DNA of 64,000 nt from NCBI GenBank assembly GCA_964016885.1, contig OZ024755.1:36766001-36830000 (forward strand), written 5' to 3'. Of this stretch, positions 27,722 to 42,404 are shown piece after piece; the first letter of the stretch is position 1, and every line of letters begins with the position of its first letter. The translations under genes were made by a program, and so were the position numbers. The notes below the pieces were generated by a model. That model was not told the origin of the DNA, made no database searches, and worked only from the letters and a program-made list of their open reading frames with translations. The stretch comes from Eledone cirrhosa. Lineage: Eukaryota.

Positions 27722-28013
27722 CAGTCATGGGCGACCTGCGGCTCGCGAAGTTCTCTGAATGGTTCACCTAAGTCACTTAAGTGAAATCTTTCTGATTTTT
27801 TTACTCCAACTTTTCAGTCGAAATTTACCTTTCTATCATTTTTACGATCGAGGAAAACAACGTGTACAAATTCTGAAGAAACAAATCAAAACAACCTGAG
27901 TTACCACCCTTGTTTTTAAATGTGGGCACAAATGTAAATTAGTGCTTGCGGTCCGCCTGATGATGAGCCATATCTCATGCGGCCCGCTTCTCGAAAAAGG
28001 TTGCCCATGCTTG
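27722..28013. mobile_element. hAT (Charlie-like) MITE, copy 2
   Basis: TIRs cagtcatgggcgacc/ggttgcccatgcttg and TSD atctagac/atccagac. Confidence 0.8.
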
Positions 28014-28123
28014 ATCCAGACATTTGATCAGTATTATGTTGGAAAGTTATGTTGAGTTGACATTTCGCTGAACTGTTAAAAAGAGGAAACGTGTTCGAAA
28101 CTGTATCTTTATTTACAGAAGTA

Positions 28124-28306
28124 ATAATTGTTTCTACTTTTGGCACAAGGCCAGCAATTATCCCAGTGTATTACTGGTACTTTATTTTATCGACCCCGTA
28201 AAGATGAAAGGCAAAGTTAACCTCGGCGGGATTTGAACTCAATCCGTAAAGGGACGTAACTGTGCTGCAAAGCATGGCGTCCGACCCTCTACCGATACTG
28301 CCAATC
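28124..28306 (-). mobile_element. SINE
   Basis: SINE core, reverse complement. Confidence 0.9.
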
Positions 28307-28447
28307 TGTAATAATAATTATTTTTAACATTAGCCAAGACATTAGCACTAAATACAACAAAGCCTTTTGTTGGAAACTTTAGTGATACTGCCTATCAACC
28401 AGCAATCTGTAATAGTTTCTAATAAGATCAACAACTATAGAGAGAAT

Positions 28448-29122
28448 CTTCTTCTTCTTCAGCTGAGTTTACACTCGCAAAGATTCAGCACGCTTTCTCC
28501 AATCGTCCCGGTAGCGCATGACATTTCTCAGTTCATCGATGTCATCAATGTTAACATCTCTCAGCAGGGTATCAATGAATGAGACGGCCTGTCTTCTCAC
28601 ACTTCTTCGCCCGACTGTCGGTTTCCAGAGTACAAGTTGTAATGCTATCTGGATGACGGATGCAGTGCCCAGCCAGTTTCATTCGCCTGCAGGCAACAAC
28701 AGAGTAATAGCTTTGTCGACCATTGCAGCCAAATTGGTAAATCGAATACTCCTCAATAGAATTGGATCAAAAATCAATCAACAACTATGTCCGAACCAGA
28801 ATGGCTTCCGACCAGGAAGGTCGACTATTGCGCATATTCTTGCATTGAGGAAATTAATCGAGGATGTCCAATCACACAACCTTAAGGCTGTCTTGAAGTT
28901 CTTAGACTTTCGAAAAGCATTCGACAGCATCCACCGAGGGCGAATGCTCCAGATCCTGAGAGCATATGATGTGCCTGAAAAGATAGTTCAAGCTATAGGT
29001 CTGATGTACGAGGGTACTCGAGCTCGCGTATTGACACCGGACGGAAACACTGATTACTTTGAGATTCTCGCAGGTGTTCTCCAAGGCGATACGCTTGCAC
29101 CCTTCCTATTTGCAATTGTCCT
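28448..29122 (-). mobile_element. RTE LINE (family B) with inverted RT segment
   Basis: The 3' end and (gaa)n tail are on minus (28448-28700). The RT part is on + (QNGFRPGRST, FLDFRKAFDSI, GVLQGDTLAPFLF). tagagaga occurs on both flanks. Confidence 0.85.
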
Positions 29123-29602
29123 AGAGAGATTGAAGTCGATAATATCGGTCCCAGTAATTGCTGGTAATTCATCTTGTCAACATTAGATGGATAAAATGTA
29201 AAGTTGCCCTCGTGATTTAAATTCAGGCCGTAAGTAAATGCAGCAAAACATTTTATTCGACGCCCTAACAATTCTGCCAATCAATCATCCTTATGTTTTG
29301 AAAAGTAGAATGACTAGATATAGCACAAGCCGTTTTGAACGGAGTTCTACCTGTTCACTATCCCTGCAGTTGTAATAATAATGTTAATATTGACTAATTT
29401 TATGTTAATTTTACTGCATATATGATTTTAGATTATTTATTCTATTAATGATGCATCATTTAAGTATGCCTCAAAATGCTAAGTGCTGTTGTCGCTGTTT
29501 GCTTCAATACAGCATTGACCTAGCAGATCTCTGGTTATTAATGTTCCATCTATAATCCCCATATCTTACAGCCAGTCATTGTTTATCTAGAAATATATTA
29601 TA

Positions 29603-30534
<932 letters not shown>

Positions 30535-30536
30535 TA

Positions 30537-31750
30537 ACTGTTTCTACTTTAGGCACAAGGCCAGCAATTACCCAGTGCATTACTGGTACTTTATTTTATC
30601 GACCCCGTAAGGATGAAAGGCAAAGTCAACCTCGGCGGGATTTGAACTCAAATCGTAAAGGGACGTAACTATGCTGAAAAGCATGGCGTCCGACCCTCTA
30701 CCGATACTGCCAATCCATATATAACGCTATATAAAAACAGTAGGCAATTCGTTATGGTAAATCTGACTACTATTTCGAGCATATTAAACAATCACGTAAA
30801 GGCTTACTCGCTGGATTTAGCAGAGTTCTACATTCTCCTCAGTTTCTATTTTATTAATAATTGTTTCTACTTTAGGCACAAGGCCAGCAATTACCCAGTG
30901 CATTACTGGTACTTTATTTTATCGACCCCGTAAGGATGAAAGGAAAAGTTAACCTCGGCGGGATTTGGACTCAGAATGGCAAGGACCGTAACTCTATGCT
31001 GCAAAGCATGGCGTCCGACCCTCTACCTATACTGCCAATCCACCGCCATTTGTTTTATTAATAATTGTTTCTATTTTAGGCACAAGGCCAGCAATTACCC
31101 AGTGCATTACTGGTACTTTATTTTATCGACCCCGTAAGGATGAAAGGCAAAGTTAACCTCGGCGGGATTTGGACTCAGAATGGCAAGGACCGTAACTCTA
31201 TGCTGCAAAGCATGGCGTCCGACTCTCTACCTATACTGCCAATCCACCGTCATTTGTTTTATTAATAATAATGCTTAAAATTGCTTGAAATACGTTAAAC
31301 GACATTAACATTCATATACCAATAGACTAAAGAATTCAGTGTACATATTGTAAATTAATTCATAGAAACGTCAATTCCATATGACCTGAAGGCGACAATA
31401 AAAGTTTAACATAAGTTTCCAGCTAAAATGAGTATTTGCATACTTAAGTTAAAATGTAATCATGTTTTCTATGATGGCATCGGAGAAATAAAGATAATTG
31501 TTTCTACTTTTGGCACAAGGCCAGCAATTACCCAGTGTATTACTGGTACTTTATTTTATCGACCCCGTAAGGATGAAAGGCAAAGTCAACCTCGGCGAGA
31601 TTTGAACTCAAAATCGGAGAAATAAAGATAATTGTTTCTACTTTTGGCACAAGGCCAGCAATTACCCAGTGTATTACTGGTACTTTATTTTATCGACCCC
31701 GTAAGGATGAAAGGCAAAGTCAACCTCGGCGAGATTTGAACTCAAAATCG
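30537..31750 (-). mobile_element. Cluster of five SINE copies, including two tandem duplications
   Basis: Copies at about 30537, 30857, 31060, 31495 and 31630. 30850-31055/31055-31260 and 31479-31613/31614-31748 are tandem near-duplicates. Confidence 0.9.
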
Positions 31751-31787
31751 GAGAAATAAAGATATCTATTGAAGATATACACCCATA

Positions 31788-32656
31788 CACGTGGCCCAAA
31801 AGTCACACAGGGGTCGCAATTGTTTATAATTTTTTTTTATTTTATAATATTTTTCTTTTTTCTTCAGGAATTATATGAACTAGGCCTGGGAAATTAATTA
31901 TGGAAAAATACAGCACCGAACAACGCACACAAGTTGTGAAATTCTTCTACCAAATTCAGACCCAGAGAGTATATCGGTGACACTATTGAGTGAGAGATGC
32001 TCCTAGTGACAGTGCGGTTAGGAAATTGGTTAATCGTTTCGAAGAGCAAGGAGCAGTGAGTTATCGCCCACGATCTGTGAGGCCTCGCACCGCCAGAACT
32101 GATGAGACAAGGGAACAGGTTCGAGAGGGTATCGAGGAAAATCCAGGCACATCGACTCGAAGGCGGTCAAGACAGCTCGGGATTTCACGAACTTCGCTGC
32201 AAAGGGTTCTCAGAAGGCTTGACCTTACAAGGTGCAACTGGTTCAACAACTAAAGCCTTAAGACTATCAACAGAGGCTCCAATATGCTGTCAGAATCTAG
32301 GAATTGGCGAGAAATGACCGAAATTTACCCAAAATTTAATGATGATTCATGAAGCTCACTTTCATTTGAATGGATTCATCAACAAATAAAATTGCCGTTT
32401 TTGAGGCTCTGAGAACCCGAGATCAGTACACCAACGAGAGCTGCACCCTATAAAGTGCAGGCTATGGTGTGGATTGACAGCGAAGCCGAAAATGGCCGCC
32501 ATTTGAAGGTTGTAATTTCTCATAAGTAATGTAGAGGTGTGACAAGGATTGACGAGTACAAAATAATTTCCATTATGTCCTTTAAGTTGTATTAAAATTT
32601 CATACACCAATCTGTACAATTCAGGAAGTTAATAAAAACTAAAACCCCTGTGTGTA
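31788..32656 (+). mobile_element. Decayed Tc1/mariner-superfamily transposon
   Basis: MEKYSTEQRTQVVKF, PSDSAVRKLVNRFEEQG..RPRTART..NPGTSTRRRSRQLGISRTSL (HTH), and (D)EAHFHLNGFINK.NCRF*GSENP. Partial TIR cacacagggg/cccctgtgtg. Confidence 0.85.
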
Positions 32657-32699
32657 TTAGGTTGTCATTCTCTAGGCAAGCTATGATCTAACTTTTTCC

Positions 32700-33490
32700 A
32701 ATCGGGTCCAACCCATATTTCTTTAAAAAATGTATTTAGGAGTCTATACTCCAATATCTTCAGTTTTCTAAGACAAAGTCTTGTGACAAATTTAGCAGGC
32801 ATTTCTATCAGGCAAGGATAGGCGCAAACAGAGTTAGCTTTATTAAAGAAGCAGAAACATTAAAAGTTGCAGCAATATGGAAGAAATATACGTACATAAT
32901 ATGAAAGTGTGCTAGTGGATTGTTCCAGTCAAAACCCCCAATAAATTGTAAGCATAACAGACTAGATATAATAATATGGGACAGGCAAAAGAAGGCATGC
33001 ACAGTAGTGGAAGTTAGCTGCCCAGCAGATGCCAATATAATATCAAAGATTAACGATAAGGAGAATATTTATGCAGAATTAATGAGGAATCTGAAGATAC
33101 TCCACTCTGATTATACCTTCACATATATACCTGTGATTATTGGGGCACTGGGATATGTTAGTAACTGCCTCAATACAAATCCTGAGAAGCTAGGCTTCAC
33201 AGGAACAGAAAGAACACAACTAGTTAGGAAATTACAAGTACAATCCATTAATGGAACAGTAAAAATATGTAAAACATTCCCAAAATTCTGCATGTAATAA
33301 CTGCATCTACACATGTACAGATACAAAGCATATACACATGCACACATACAACTCAAAATATACACATCCACACATACAATAACATCCATACCTGCCCACA
33401 CACGAACACATGTAGACATACATACATATCTACCTAGATGCTGTGTAAATTCTAATGAGAGAGTCTTGTGTCTATGTTAGAAACTGACTC
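32700..33490 (+). mobile_element. R4-like RLE element 3' fragment
   Basis: ORF 32920-33297 NRLDIIIWD..VEVSCP..PVIIGALG. Its 3' half is nearly identical to 35920-36390. Confidence 0.85.
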
Positions 33491-33562
33491 TCTCTCCCCT
33501 CTCTCCCCTCTCTCCCTTTCTCCCCTCTGCCCCTCCCTCTCTATTGGTAGGCGTTTATAAAA

Positions 33563-33752
33563 TAATTGTTTCTACTTTTGGCACAAGGCCAGCAATTACC
33601 CCAGTGTATAACTGGTGCTTTATTTTTATCGACCCCGTAAGGATGAAAGGCAAAGTTAACCTCGGCGGGATTTGAACTCAGACTATAAAGGGCCGTAACT
33701 CTATGCTGCAAAGCATGGTGTCCAACGCTCTACCGATACTGCCAATTCCCCG
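33563..33752 (-). mobile_element. SINE
   Basis: SINE core, reverse complement. Confidence 0.9.
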
Positions 33753-34577
33753 CCTTTCAAGCGTTTATAAAATAATGAAACCAGAAGAACATACTTATAT
33801 GCATACGTACATACATACATAAATACATACGTACATGCTTACATCCATCCATACACACATCTATACATACATACACATAAACGTACACACATATATATGA
33901 TGGCTGTAAACTCTGCTAAGAGTTTTGAAATTGCTTGTCAGATTACAGAAAATGGTGCACTTCTAGGCTACGGGCAGCCACACTAACCTGTAACATATCC
34001 TGAACAAGCAATGCCTGTGCTTTGAAGGTTTTTAAAGTGGGGAAAGGCCTTGCACTTGACCAATCCCACTTTCTAAGCATCGTAAACACTGGTCAACATC
34101 ATCGGATGCTTCCGAAGCCATATGTTTTTTTTCAGAGTTTCCCTCTCCTAGAAAGGTGCTGTGACAACAACTGGGGGCCTTTCACTCTCAGGTGAAAAAA
34201 AACAACAACTATTTGGATGGCCGTTGACTCTGTTGACATCCTCCGCCCTTTGCCGGCAACTCCACCTGGTGAGGAGGGTGATATTTGGACACCCTGCGGG
34301 ATGAAATACAAGACCCACATACATACGTACGTACGTATATACATATATACATGGTGGCTGCCAACTCGTTTTCGAGTACGGCCACTACTTTATATCCATG
34401 TAGGAGAACCCCTACCGATGCGCTGAACGAGTGTGACTTTTTAGTCCAGCCAGCGACTTGAAAACTCTGGTACAGAGACTACACTTGTGACCATTATTGA
34501 CACATAGTGCATGTATACATACATACGTACATATACACATACATACTTACATACATACGTAAATACATACATATATT

Positions 34578-36440
34578 TCAAGGAGACAGTCTCTCTGTGA
34601 TACTATTTATCTTGTCATTAAACACCTTGTCCCTTCTGCTCAAGAATTGTGAATGATACATCATTGGCTCACAGAAGGACAGAAATACGAACTTAACCCA
34701 TAATTTCTTTGTGGATGACCTGAAACTCAATGCCAAGAAAAATCTTGACCTGGTTAAAAACATTCTCAAAGGATATATGAATGGAGTTTGGCCAAGATAA
34801 ATGTTCATACATGACTGTAAAGCGGGGAAAAACTACAACCCAATCTAGCAACATTGTCATCAATGGCCTAACTGTTTCACCGATATCTGATGAGGATTGC
34901 TACAGATATCTGGGGATAGATGAGAATATATCCTATAATGGTATTTGTAATAAGGAACGCGTAACCAGGGAATCCGATTAAGAAAAATATGGTCATCGGA
35001 ACTCTCTGCGCACAAGAAAACAGTGGCTCACAATGTGTTTGCCGTGCCTGTCCTAACACCAACGTTTGGAATACTTGATTGGACGATAGACGAAATCCGA
35101 GCAATTGCTGTTAAGACTCGAAAAATTCTAAACAACACCAGGAATTTCCACATCAACAGTAACATAGACCGCATCTACTTGAAACGTAATTAGGGAGGCA
35201 GAGGCCTAACATCAGTCCAGACAGCATTTGAATGTCGCATCATATCCTTTCGACAACATTTACGAACCTCCAAGTGTAGGAGCCCATCTATTGAGCAAGT
35301 CTGTCTGCATGAGACAGATAAGATCACGAGAGCTGGGAAGGAACTCCTTGAAAGATACTCCCTGCATGATAATCAAAAACTCACACCCAGGTAAATTGTC
35401 CAGCAATAGCGCACTGAATCCATGGATGAAAACCTGCATGCTTATCAGCAAAAAATCATGCGTGGATATGTTGCCAGAAAGCTCCAGAGTGAGAGTAATA
35501 TAGATAAGCAAAGTAGTCTATCTTGGACCAACAACCGCTATATTGGCTCCCACTTTGAAGGATACACTTTTGCAATCCAAGAACAGGAAATCAACACAAA
35601 ATACCTGATTCATAAACGAGATAGGGAAACCAACTAGATGTGACAAGTGCAGACTCTTCAGAATTAACATCGAAGATGTCACCCATGTCATAAGCAGCTG
35701 TCCAACGATGTCATCGCGGTACTATCTACCTAAGAGGCATGATGTAGTGGTCAAAACACTGTACAATGCAATCCGTAGAAAAGATAGCCCCGATAATAAA
35801 CACATTAAAAGCTACAGCAATGTAGAAGACATACATATACATAATATGAAAGAGTACTGGTGGAATGTTCCAGTAAAAAGCCAATAACATGCAGGCATAA
35901 CAGACCAGATATAATGATATGGGACAGGGAAAAGAGGGCATGCACAGTAGTGGAAGTTAGCTGCCAGCAGATGCCAATATAATATCAAAGATTAACGATA
36001 AGGAGAATATTTATGCAGAATTAATGAGGAATCTGAAGATACTCCACTCTGATTATACCTTCACATATATACCTGTGATTATTGGGGCACTGGGATATGT
36101 TAGTAACTGCCTCAATACAAATCTTGAGAAGCTAGGCTTCACAGGAACAGAAAGAACACAACTAGTTAGGAAATTACAAGTACAATCCATTAATGGAACA
36201 GTAAAAATATGTAAAACATTCCCAAAATTCTGCATGTAATAACTACATCTACACATGTACAGATACAAAGCATATACACATGCACACATATATACATGCA
36301 TGCATGCAGACATGCATACATATCTACCTAGTTGATGTTGTGTAAATTCCAATGAGAGAGTCTTGTGTCTATGTTAAAAACCGACTCTCTCTATCTATTG
36401 GGAAAACTTTGTGAAATTATAAAACCAGAAGAACATACTA
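34578..36440 (+). mobile_element. R4-like RLE non-LTR element, 5'-truncated and frameshifted, flanked by (CATA)n
   Basis: FQGDSLS, HNFFVDDLKL, MEFGQDKC, YRYLGI, GGRGL, FAIQEQEI, zinc-knuckle remnant, RHD and RLE motifs in colinear order. Confidence 0.9.
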
Positions 36441-37304
36441 CATACATACATATTTTCTTACATACGTACATATATACTTTCTTACATACATACATACATA
36501 CTTTCTTACATACATATATATATATATTATTGCTGTTTATCTTTAATCAGTATATGTAGCGAGGTAAAAAATATTTTCAATAATGAGAATTTAATCACTG
36601 ATTGTATAATGCCCAAATTAAAGACTTGTATATTTTATTTTGTATGTTTCAAAATATTGTATATGTTTGAAAATGTTGTGTATATTATTTCATGTTTCAA
36701 AATGTATATTTTATTTTATATGTTTCAAAATATTGTGTATGTTATTTCATATATTTCAAAATGTAGGGGCAATTTTGGTTTTATAATCCTTGAAAACTTT
36801 TCATAACACTTAGATTCCATATCTTCATTACATCCATTTTATCAGAATTCATCTGAATAATTCGTGATACAACCGGAAACTATTAACCTTAATGCCACAT
36901 GCTGTTATTTGTCAGATGAGTGTCTCGTCAAAATTATTCGAAATATGTCCGCAGAATTTCATAATTTTAACTTGATAAATGGACAAAGATATTGCATTAT
37001 ATAAGAAAAAAATCCGTTTGACTTTATTTAGCAAGGGCTACAAATTTTCAGCGCAATTTGCTTTGTCATTTAATGGAAGCCAACGAACATCCGGAAATAG
37101 AATGCATTAACATGGACAAAGAGATCATTTATTACGGAAAAGCACATCAGTCGAATTCCTCGATCAAAATATGTTCAGTTACGTTGAATAATTTACATTA
37201 TTCAAAGATATTTCGTTATTTAAGTTAAAAGTGTGAACGATTCAGCTGTTTGGACCTGTTTATTTTACTATTTAATTAATTGTTATTTAGCTAAACTTTT
37301 CAAT

Positions 37305-37504
37305 NNNNNNNNNNNNNNNNNNNNNNNNNNNNNNNNNNNNNNNNNNNNNNNNNNNNNNNNNNNNNNNNNNNNNNNNNNNNNNNNNNNNNNNNNNNNNNNN
37401 NNNNNNNNNNNNNNNNNNNNNNNNNNNNNNNNNNNNNNNNNNNNNNNNNNNNNNNNNNNNNNNNNNNNNNNNNNNNNNNNNNNNNNNNNNNNNNNNNNNN
37501 NNNN
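37305..37504. other. Assembly gap (200 N)
   Basis: Run of n. Confidence 1.
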
Positions 37505-37736
37505 AAATATATATCCGGCGTCGCCCGTGCGACTAGCCACTTTGTGTGTGTGTGTGGGGGGGTGGGGGTGGGGTGGTGGTGAAGGCAATGTTTTTAATCT
37601 GCATATATTTATTATTTCTAAAACAATATTAACAGCATGTGTAACGAAGATACACAACGCCACTTAAACGTTTAACATCGCGTTTCGATAAGTTATAAGA
37701 AAGAATAGCAATCCATCTGCGGGAATTCGGTCTATA

Positions 37737-37782
<46 letters not shown>

Positions 37783-37784
<2 letters not shown>

Positions 37785-38057
37785 GTTATTCCGGGTTGAA
37801 TCGGAGGTAACCACAGTAAGTAAGGTACTCAATACATAGCAGAGTATAAAAGTTTTAATATAGATGAGATTCTACAGGACTAGAACTGTTTCATTCTTTA
37901 GAAATCATCAGGAATATAACCATAGTCCTGATGATTTCTAAAGAATGAAACAGTTCTAGTCCTGTAGAATCTCATCTATATTACAACTTTTATACTCTGC
38001 TATGTATTGAGTACCTTACTTACTGTGGTTACCTCCGATTCAACCCGGAATAACGTA
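37783..38057. mobile_element. Inverted-pair HHR element; HHRs at 37869-37915 (-) and 37928-37970 (+)
   Basis: ATTC CTGATGA TTTC TAAA GAAT GAAA CAG TTCTAGTC CTG TA GAAT. Arms about 130 bp. Family members at 49895, 62405 and 63140. Confidence 0.85.
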
Positions 38058-38160
38058 CATTTTAGCACTCTCTGTGCCCCTTATAACCATCATCAAGAAA
38101 CCATGCTGACCAAACTCGACCTTGATATTTCCTTGAAGAACATCCCTATCCCTCCAAGGA

Positions 38161-38202
<42 letters not shown>

Positions 38203-38253
38203 GAATAAATGAACAGAGAACAAATGATATGGTTTTTAGTTTTACGCTTGAGA

Positions 38254-38302
<49 letters not shown>

Positions 38303-38303
<1 letters not shown>

Positions 38304-38438
38304 ATAATTGTTTCTACTATTGGCACAAGGCCAGCAATTACCCAGTACATTACTGGTACTTTATTTTATCGACCCCGTAAGGATGAAAGGCAAAGTTAAC
38401 CTCGACGGGATTTGAACTCAGAATGGCAAGGGCCGTAA
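38303..38438 (-). mobile_element. Truncated SINE
   Basis: SINE core, reverse complement. Confidence 0.85.
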
Positions 38439-38697
38439 GTATATATCCCTACACGCAAAAAGCGTCCAGGGACACATGTATTGTCCAATCATATGCCAAT
38501 GTGGTTCAATGGAAGGTTAATAAATTAACGAGCCAGAACATATATAATCAAGCTTTAGCAAATAAGAAAAAGTTTCAAAATAATTTTCAAAAAATTCACT
38601 GTACTTACTATGGTTACTCTCATCTCAGAAACAATTTTGAATAGCGCCAGTTCGTAATTTAAACTCGGGAATTTTATATTCTCCGAGTGAAAAGAAC

Positions 38698-38780
38698 CTT
38701 CTGACGAGAGTTTATCTTTTCAATGGAAGCCCGCAAGGACTGTCCATTTATTTTTGAGATTCGAAACCAATTCGGTAAAG
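38698..38780 (+). ncRNA. Type I hammerhead inside an element with ~75-bp terminal inverted arms (38540-38855)
   Basis: CTT CTGACGA GAGTTT..AGATTC GAAA CC AATTC GG TA AAG. Confidence 0.75.
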
Positions 38781-38848
38781 TAACCATAGTAAGTACAGTG
38801 AATTTTTTGAAATTTATTTTGAAACTTTTTCTTATTTGCTAAACCTTG

Positions 38849-38961
<113 letters not shown>

Positions 38962-39091
38962 GTGAGGTTTTTTTTACAAAATGAAAAATAACCGAGGTGT
39001 CCTACACGAGTGAAAGTATAAAGAAAAAGAGATGAAATCGAAAATGCAACTGGAGTCTTATTTTTAAAAAAATATATATATTTATTTGGTT

Positions 39092-39129
39092 CCTTTACCG
39101 GTTTCGCAGTTCTTCTGCTTTTCAAAAGG
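39092..39129 (-). ncRNA. Hammerhead ribozyme, U3-A8 core variant
   Basis: Reverse complement: CCTT TTGAAAA GCAG AAGAA CTGC GAAA CCGG TA AAGG. All stems pair perfectly. Confidence 0.75.
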
Positions 39130-39729
39130 TGAGTTGAGATGGAGGGTCTGTGGTTTTTCTCACATCTGGTTGGTCTCTGAATGTTACTTGTTTTATATGG
39201 AAAAAGTGGGTCGAAATGCCAGGTTTTTCGAGAAGTAATTTGATTGGTTTGTCAATAATTATAATAAATTTCGCGCCAGTTCGCGTTACAATAGTTCTTT
39301 AAATAAGATGGGGGGGGGGGGGGGTTGTCACAGGTTGTTTTTCATATGTGAGTGTTTGAATTTCTTTTTACTTGAAAAAAGGAGGCTCACGAAGGCTTTT
39401 TTTTTGGTTGGTTATAAATGAAATTATGGCTGTCACGAACAAATTTTCATTAAATTTTTGTGCCCTTATTTGGAACTCCATTCTCTAGCCTTTTTAGAGA
39501 ATTTTTTGATAAAAAGATAATGGTCAAGAGAAAGGGATGGGAGAATTGTTCTGGTTCAGTGAATATGGTTAGTTCGCTGGGGTGTCAGAATTCAGATTTT
39601 CTCAAAATTCCTCATTAATTAAACCCAATACAGGTAAAAACTCCAGAGTCTTTCAGTCGGACATGAAAATAAATATATATATTTAAAAAAAAAATAAGAC
39701 TCCAGTTGCATTTTCGATTTCATCTCTTT

Positions 39730-39788
<59 letters not shown>

Positions 39789-40049
39789 ACGAAGGGTAAA
39801 CAGGAATTTGTTAGATGAATTAACATGATTGTTAGATGAGGTAACATGAATAAAAAGAATAAATGATTTGGTTTATATATGGTTTACTTCACGTGAATCA
39901 ATTAAAAAGTACAATAAAACAGTTACCAAGAGTTGAGAAGGTTGACGTGTTGACGTCGTCGTCGTGAGTCTGAGACCATTGGGAGAAAGAGAGTGAGAGA
40001 GAGAGAGGGAGAGGGAGAGAAAGGAAGAATCCATACATTCTAGAACGGA

Positions 40050-40925
40050 AAGGACTTCAACTGGTTCCTCATCAACAGTGGCGTCAGAGGGGACTGTGTG
40101 GCTTCCCCCGACCCCTTCAACTCTGTCGTCGACTATCTGTTGATCAAGGTTTGTGAGCGAGTTTCCGGCGTTACCGTCGGGTATTACCGCCTAACCGACC
40201 TGGAGTACGCAGGCTGTGTTTTTTAGATGGCCCTATTGAGTAACTCTATCAATCAGCAAATTTTGGCCTTCGGGTAAGCTGGGCGAAGGCAAAGCTGATG
40301 GATGTCGGCAATGGCCCGGATCCACCTCCGCTTTATATTGGCCCAGACGCCGTGGAATTTGTCAGCTCCTTCATTTACCGGGGCTCGACTGCCACCGGCA
40401 ATGGAGACTTGATCCCGGAGATCAACCGTAGATGTGGCCTGGCTGCCGGGGTCATGCACCTCCCCAAGGAAGCCCCTTTGGCACCATTGCTCAATCTCCC
40501 AGAAAACGAAGCTCCGGATTTACAATGCATCGGTCTTGTCTATGGAACAGAAACATGGACGCTCAAAAAGACCCTGGCAAAGAGGATTGACTGCTTCGAC
40601 AGCAGAGCCCTAAGGACCATCAAAAACATCAGATGGGATCACCACGTTTACAACAAAGTGTTGCGTGCACGCACGCATCAGCCCACAACTTCTCTGTCAT
40701 TGCTATCCGCCGCATGCGCTGGTACGGACATGTCTTCCGCTTTCCACCGTATCATCCTACCAGAACCTTACTCTCATTCGACACAGTGGCTACAGGGTGG
40801 AAGAGGTCCTGTGGCAGGCCTCAGACCAGATGGTTGGATATCATCAGAGAAGATCTCCGGAGGCTTGACATCACCTTGGAGGATGCAGCAGAGGGCGCTG
40901 GTGGACTTAGTCGGCTCTTCGCGCG
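40050..40925 (+). mobile_element. Decayed RTE-like LINE (RT plus C-terminus), third family
   Basis: SGVR.G.CV..FNSVVDYL, LTDLEYA, VEFVSSFIYRGS, VYGTETWTL and RRMRWYGHVFR..GRPQTRWLD across frames. Confidence 0.85.
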
Positions 40926-41722
40926 ACGATACTTTGGGATCTCTGGCTTTGTATGACCCCGGCTTCTTTGAGCATGAGCAAGGAGAAGAAAAAGATATAC
41001 TAGATGTAGCTTTGTACTGAATGTCACTCTATCGATAGTTGAACAGAGTAAATTTTATAAATACCGTAATATATCGAAACAGAATATTCCTAACCATATG
41101 GCGTTAAAGATGCTCGGGGTTGTTTGGCCTCTAAATACGAAGACTTTCTCATCGATATTTTAACCCCCGTATCATATGATGTTCATGATGGTGCTTGTCT
41201 ATTTCAAGCCTGCAATTCTGACTCATTTTTGTTGGATTGTTTCTTCTAAGATTTTGTAAATCATGTTTTTAGTCTGTGTCTAACAATTCCACGATGATAC
41301 GAACACATTATCGTTCTGCTTAAATCATAATTCACATAACAAAAGTGAAGTAAGTGAAAGATGCCTACTCCGAAATGGAGAGCGTAGCCTGATAAAGATG
41401 AAAACCGTTTTTCTTCGCAGAATCCTAAATGAATTTTCTATAAACTATAATGAAATATATAAATTAGAGATCTGTTTGAATTGCACGAATTTGCTAATAA
41501 ATCATATGAAATATCGTTTAACAATGAATGTAGGTGTAGTTGTGTCGTGGTAAATATCTGGTTTTAGATTCATTTTAGATTCAGAAAAAATGGAAACTAT
41601 GCGTAATCTATGCGTAATCTAATTCAAAATATTAACAAAAATAGACATTCGTGTGATCAAGTATATTTTATTATACATATTTCATAGGTACTGAGCTAGG
41701 TACATTCGTGTGATCAAGTATA

Positions 41723-41785
41723 TTTTATTATACATATTTCATAGGTACTGAGCTAACTTCAGCAGTACGTCCTCATCAGATAAAA
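41723..41785 (-). ncRNA. Hammerhead ribozyme (12576 family)
   Basis: Reverse complement: TTTTAT CTGATGA GGACGTACTG..CAGTACCTAT GAAA TATGT ATA ATAAAA. Confidence 0.65.
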
Positions 41786-41992
41786 TAAGATGATGCATGA
41801 CATACCCTGACATTGTAGATGGTTAAGATTCAGTCATGGTAGTTACTATGATATGACAAGACTCAATATTTATATACCTTAAGATTGAGACATTTACATA
41901 TAATACATTTACATATAATACAGAGTGTTGAGTGCTTCCAATCTATTGTAAAACTCATTCTTTGATTTATTTATTGAACCTTGTTTAACCTT

Positions 41993-42040
<48 letters not shown>

Positions 42041-42340
42041 GGAGGTGAGTTTTATTGTAGTACAATAAAGCAATGCAGATATCTATGTAAAACAATATAT
42101 TTTTCTCAGTTATAAAAGCTATCTCTCTCTCTCTATCACCCATCTCTCCTCCTATCTCATCCTTCCTCATTATACTCCTCCCCCTCCACTTTTTAGTCTC
42201 ATCTCCTCCTCTTTTTCATCCTTTCCACCCCTCCCTCAATTTTTTCACAATATCACACATCAATCTAAAACTACTTTTCATATGTTGATTTAAAACTGCA
42301 CTATTCACAAGTGTGTTTTAACCTTCATATCATGTCTTCC

Positions 42341-42404
42341 TATCTGACGAAAACGCAAATGTTATTGCATGATGATATTTGTTTTTGAAATGCGCATAAT
42401 AAAA
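42341..42404 (+). ncRNA. Hammerhead ribozyme (21433 family)
   Basis: TAT CTGACGA AAACGCAAATGTTATT..ATGATGATATTTGTTTTT GAAA TGCGCA TA ATA. Confidence 0.7.
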
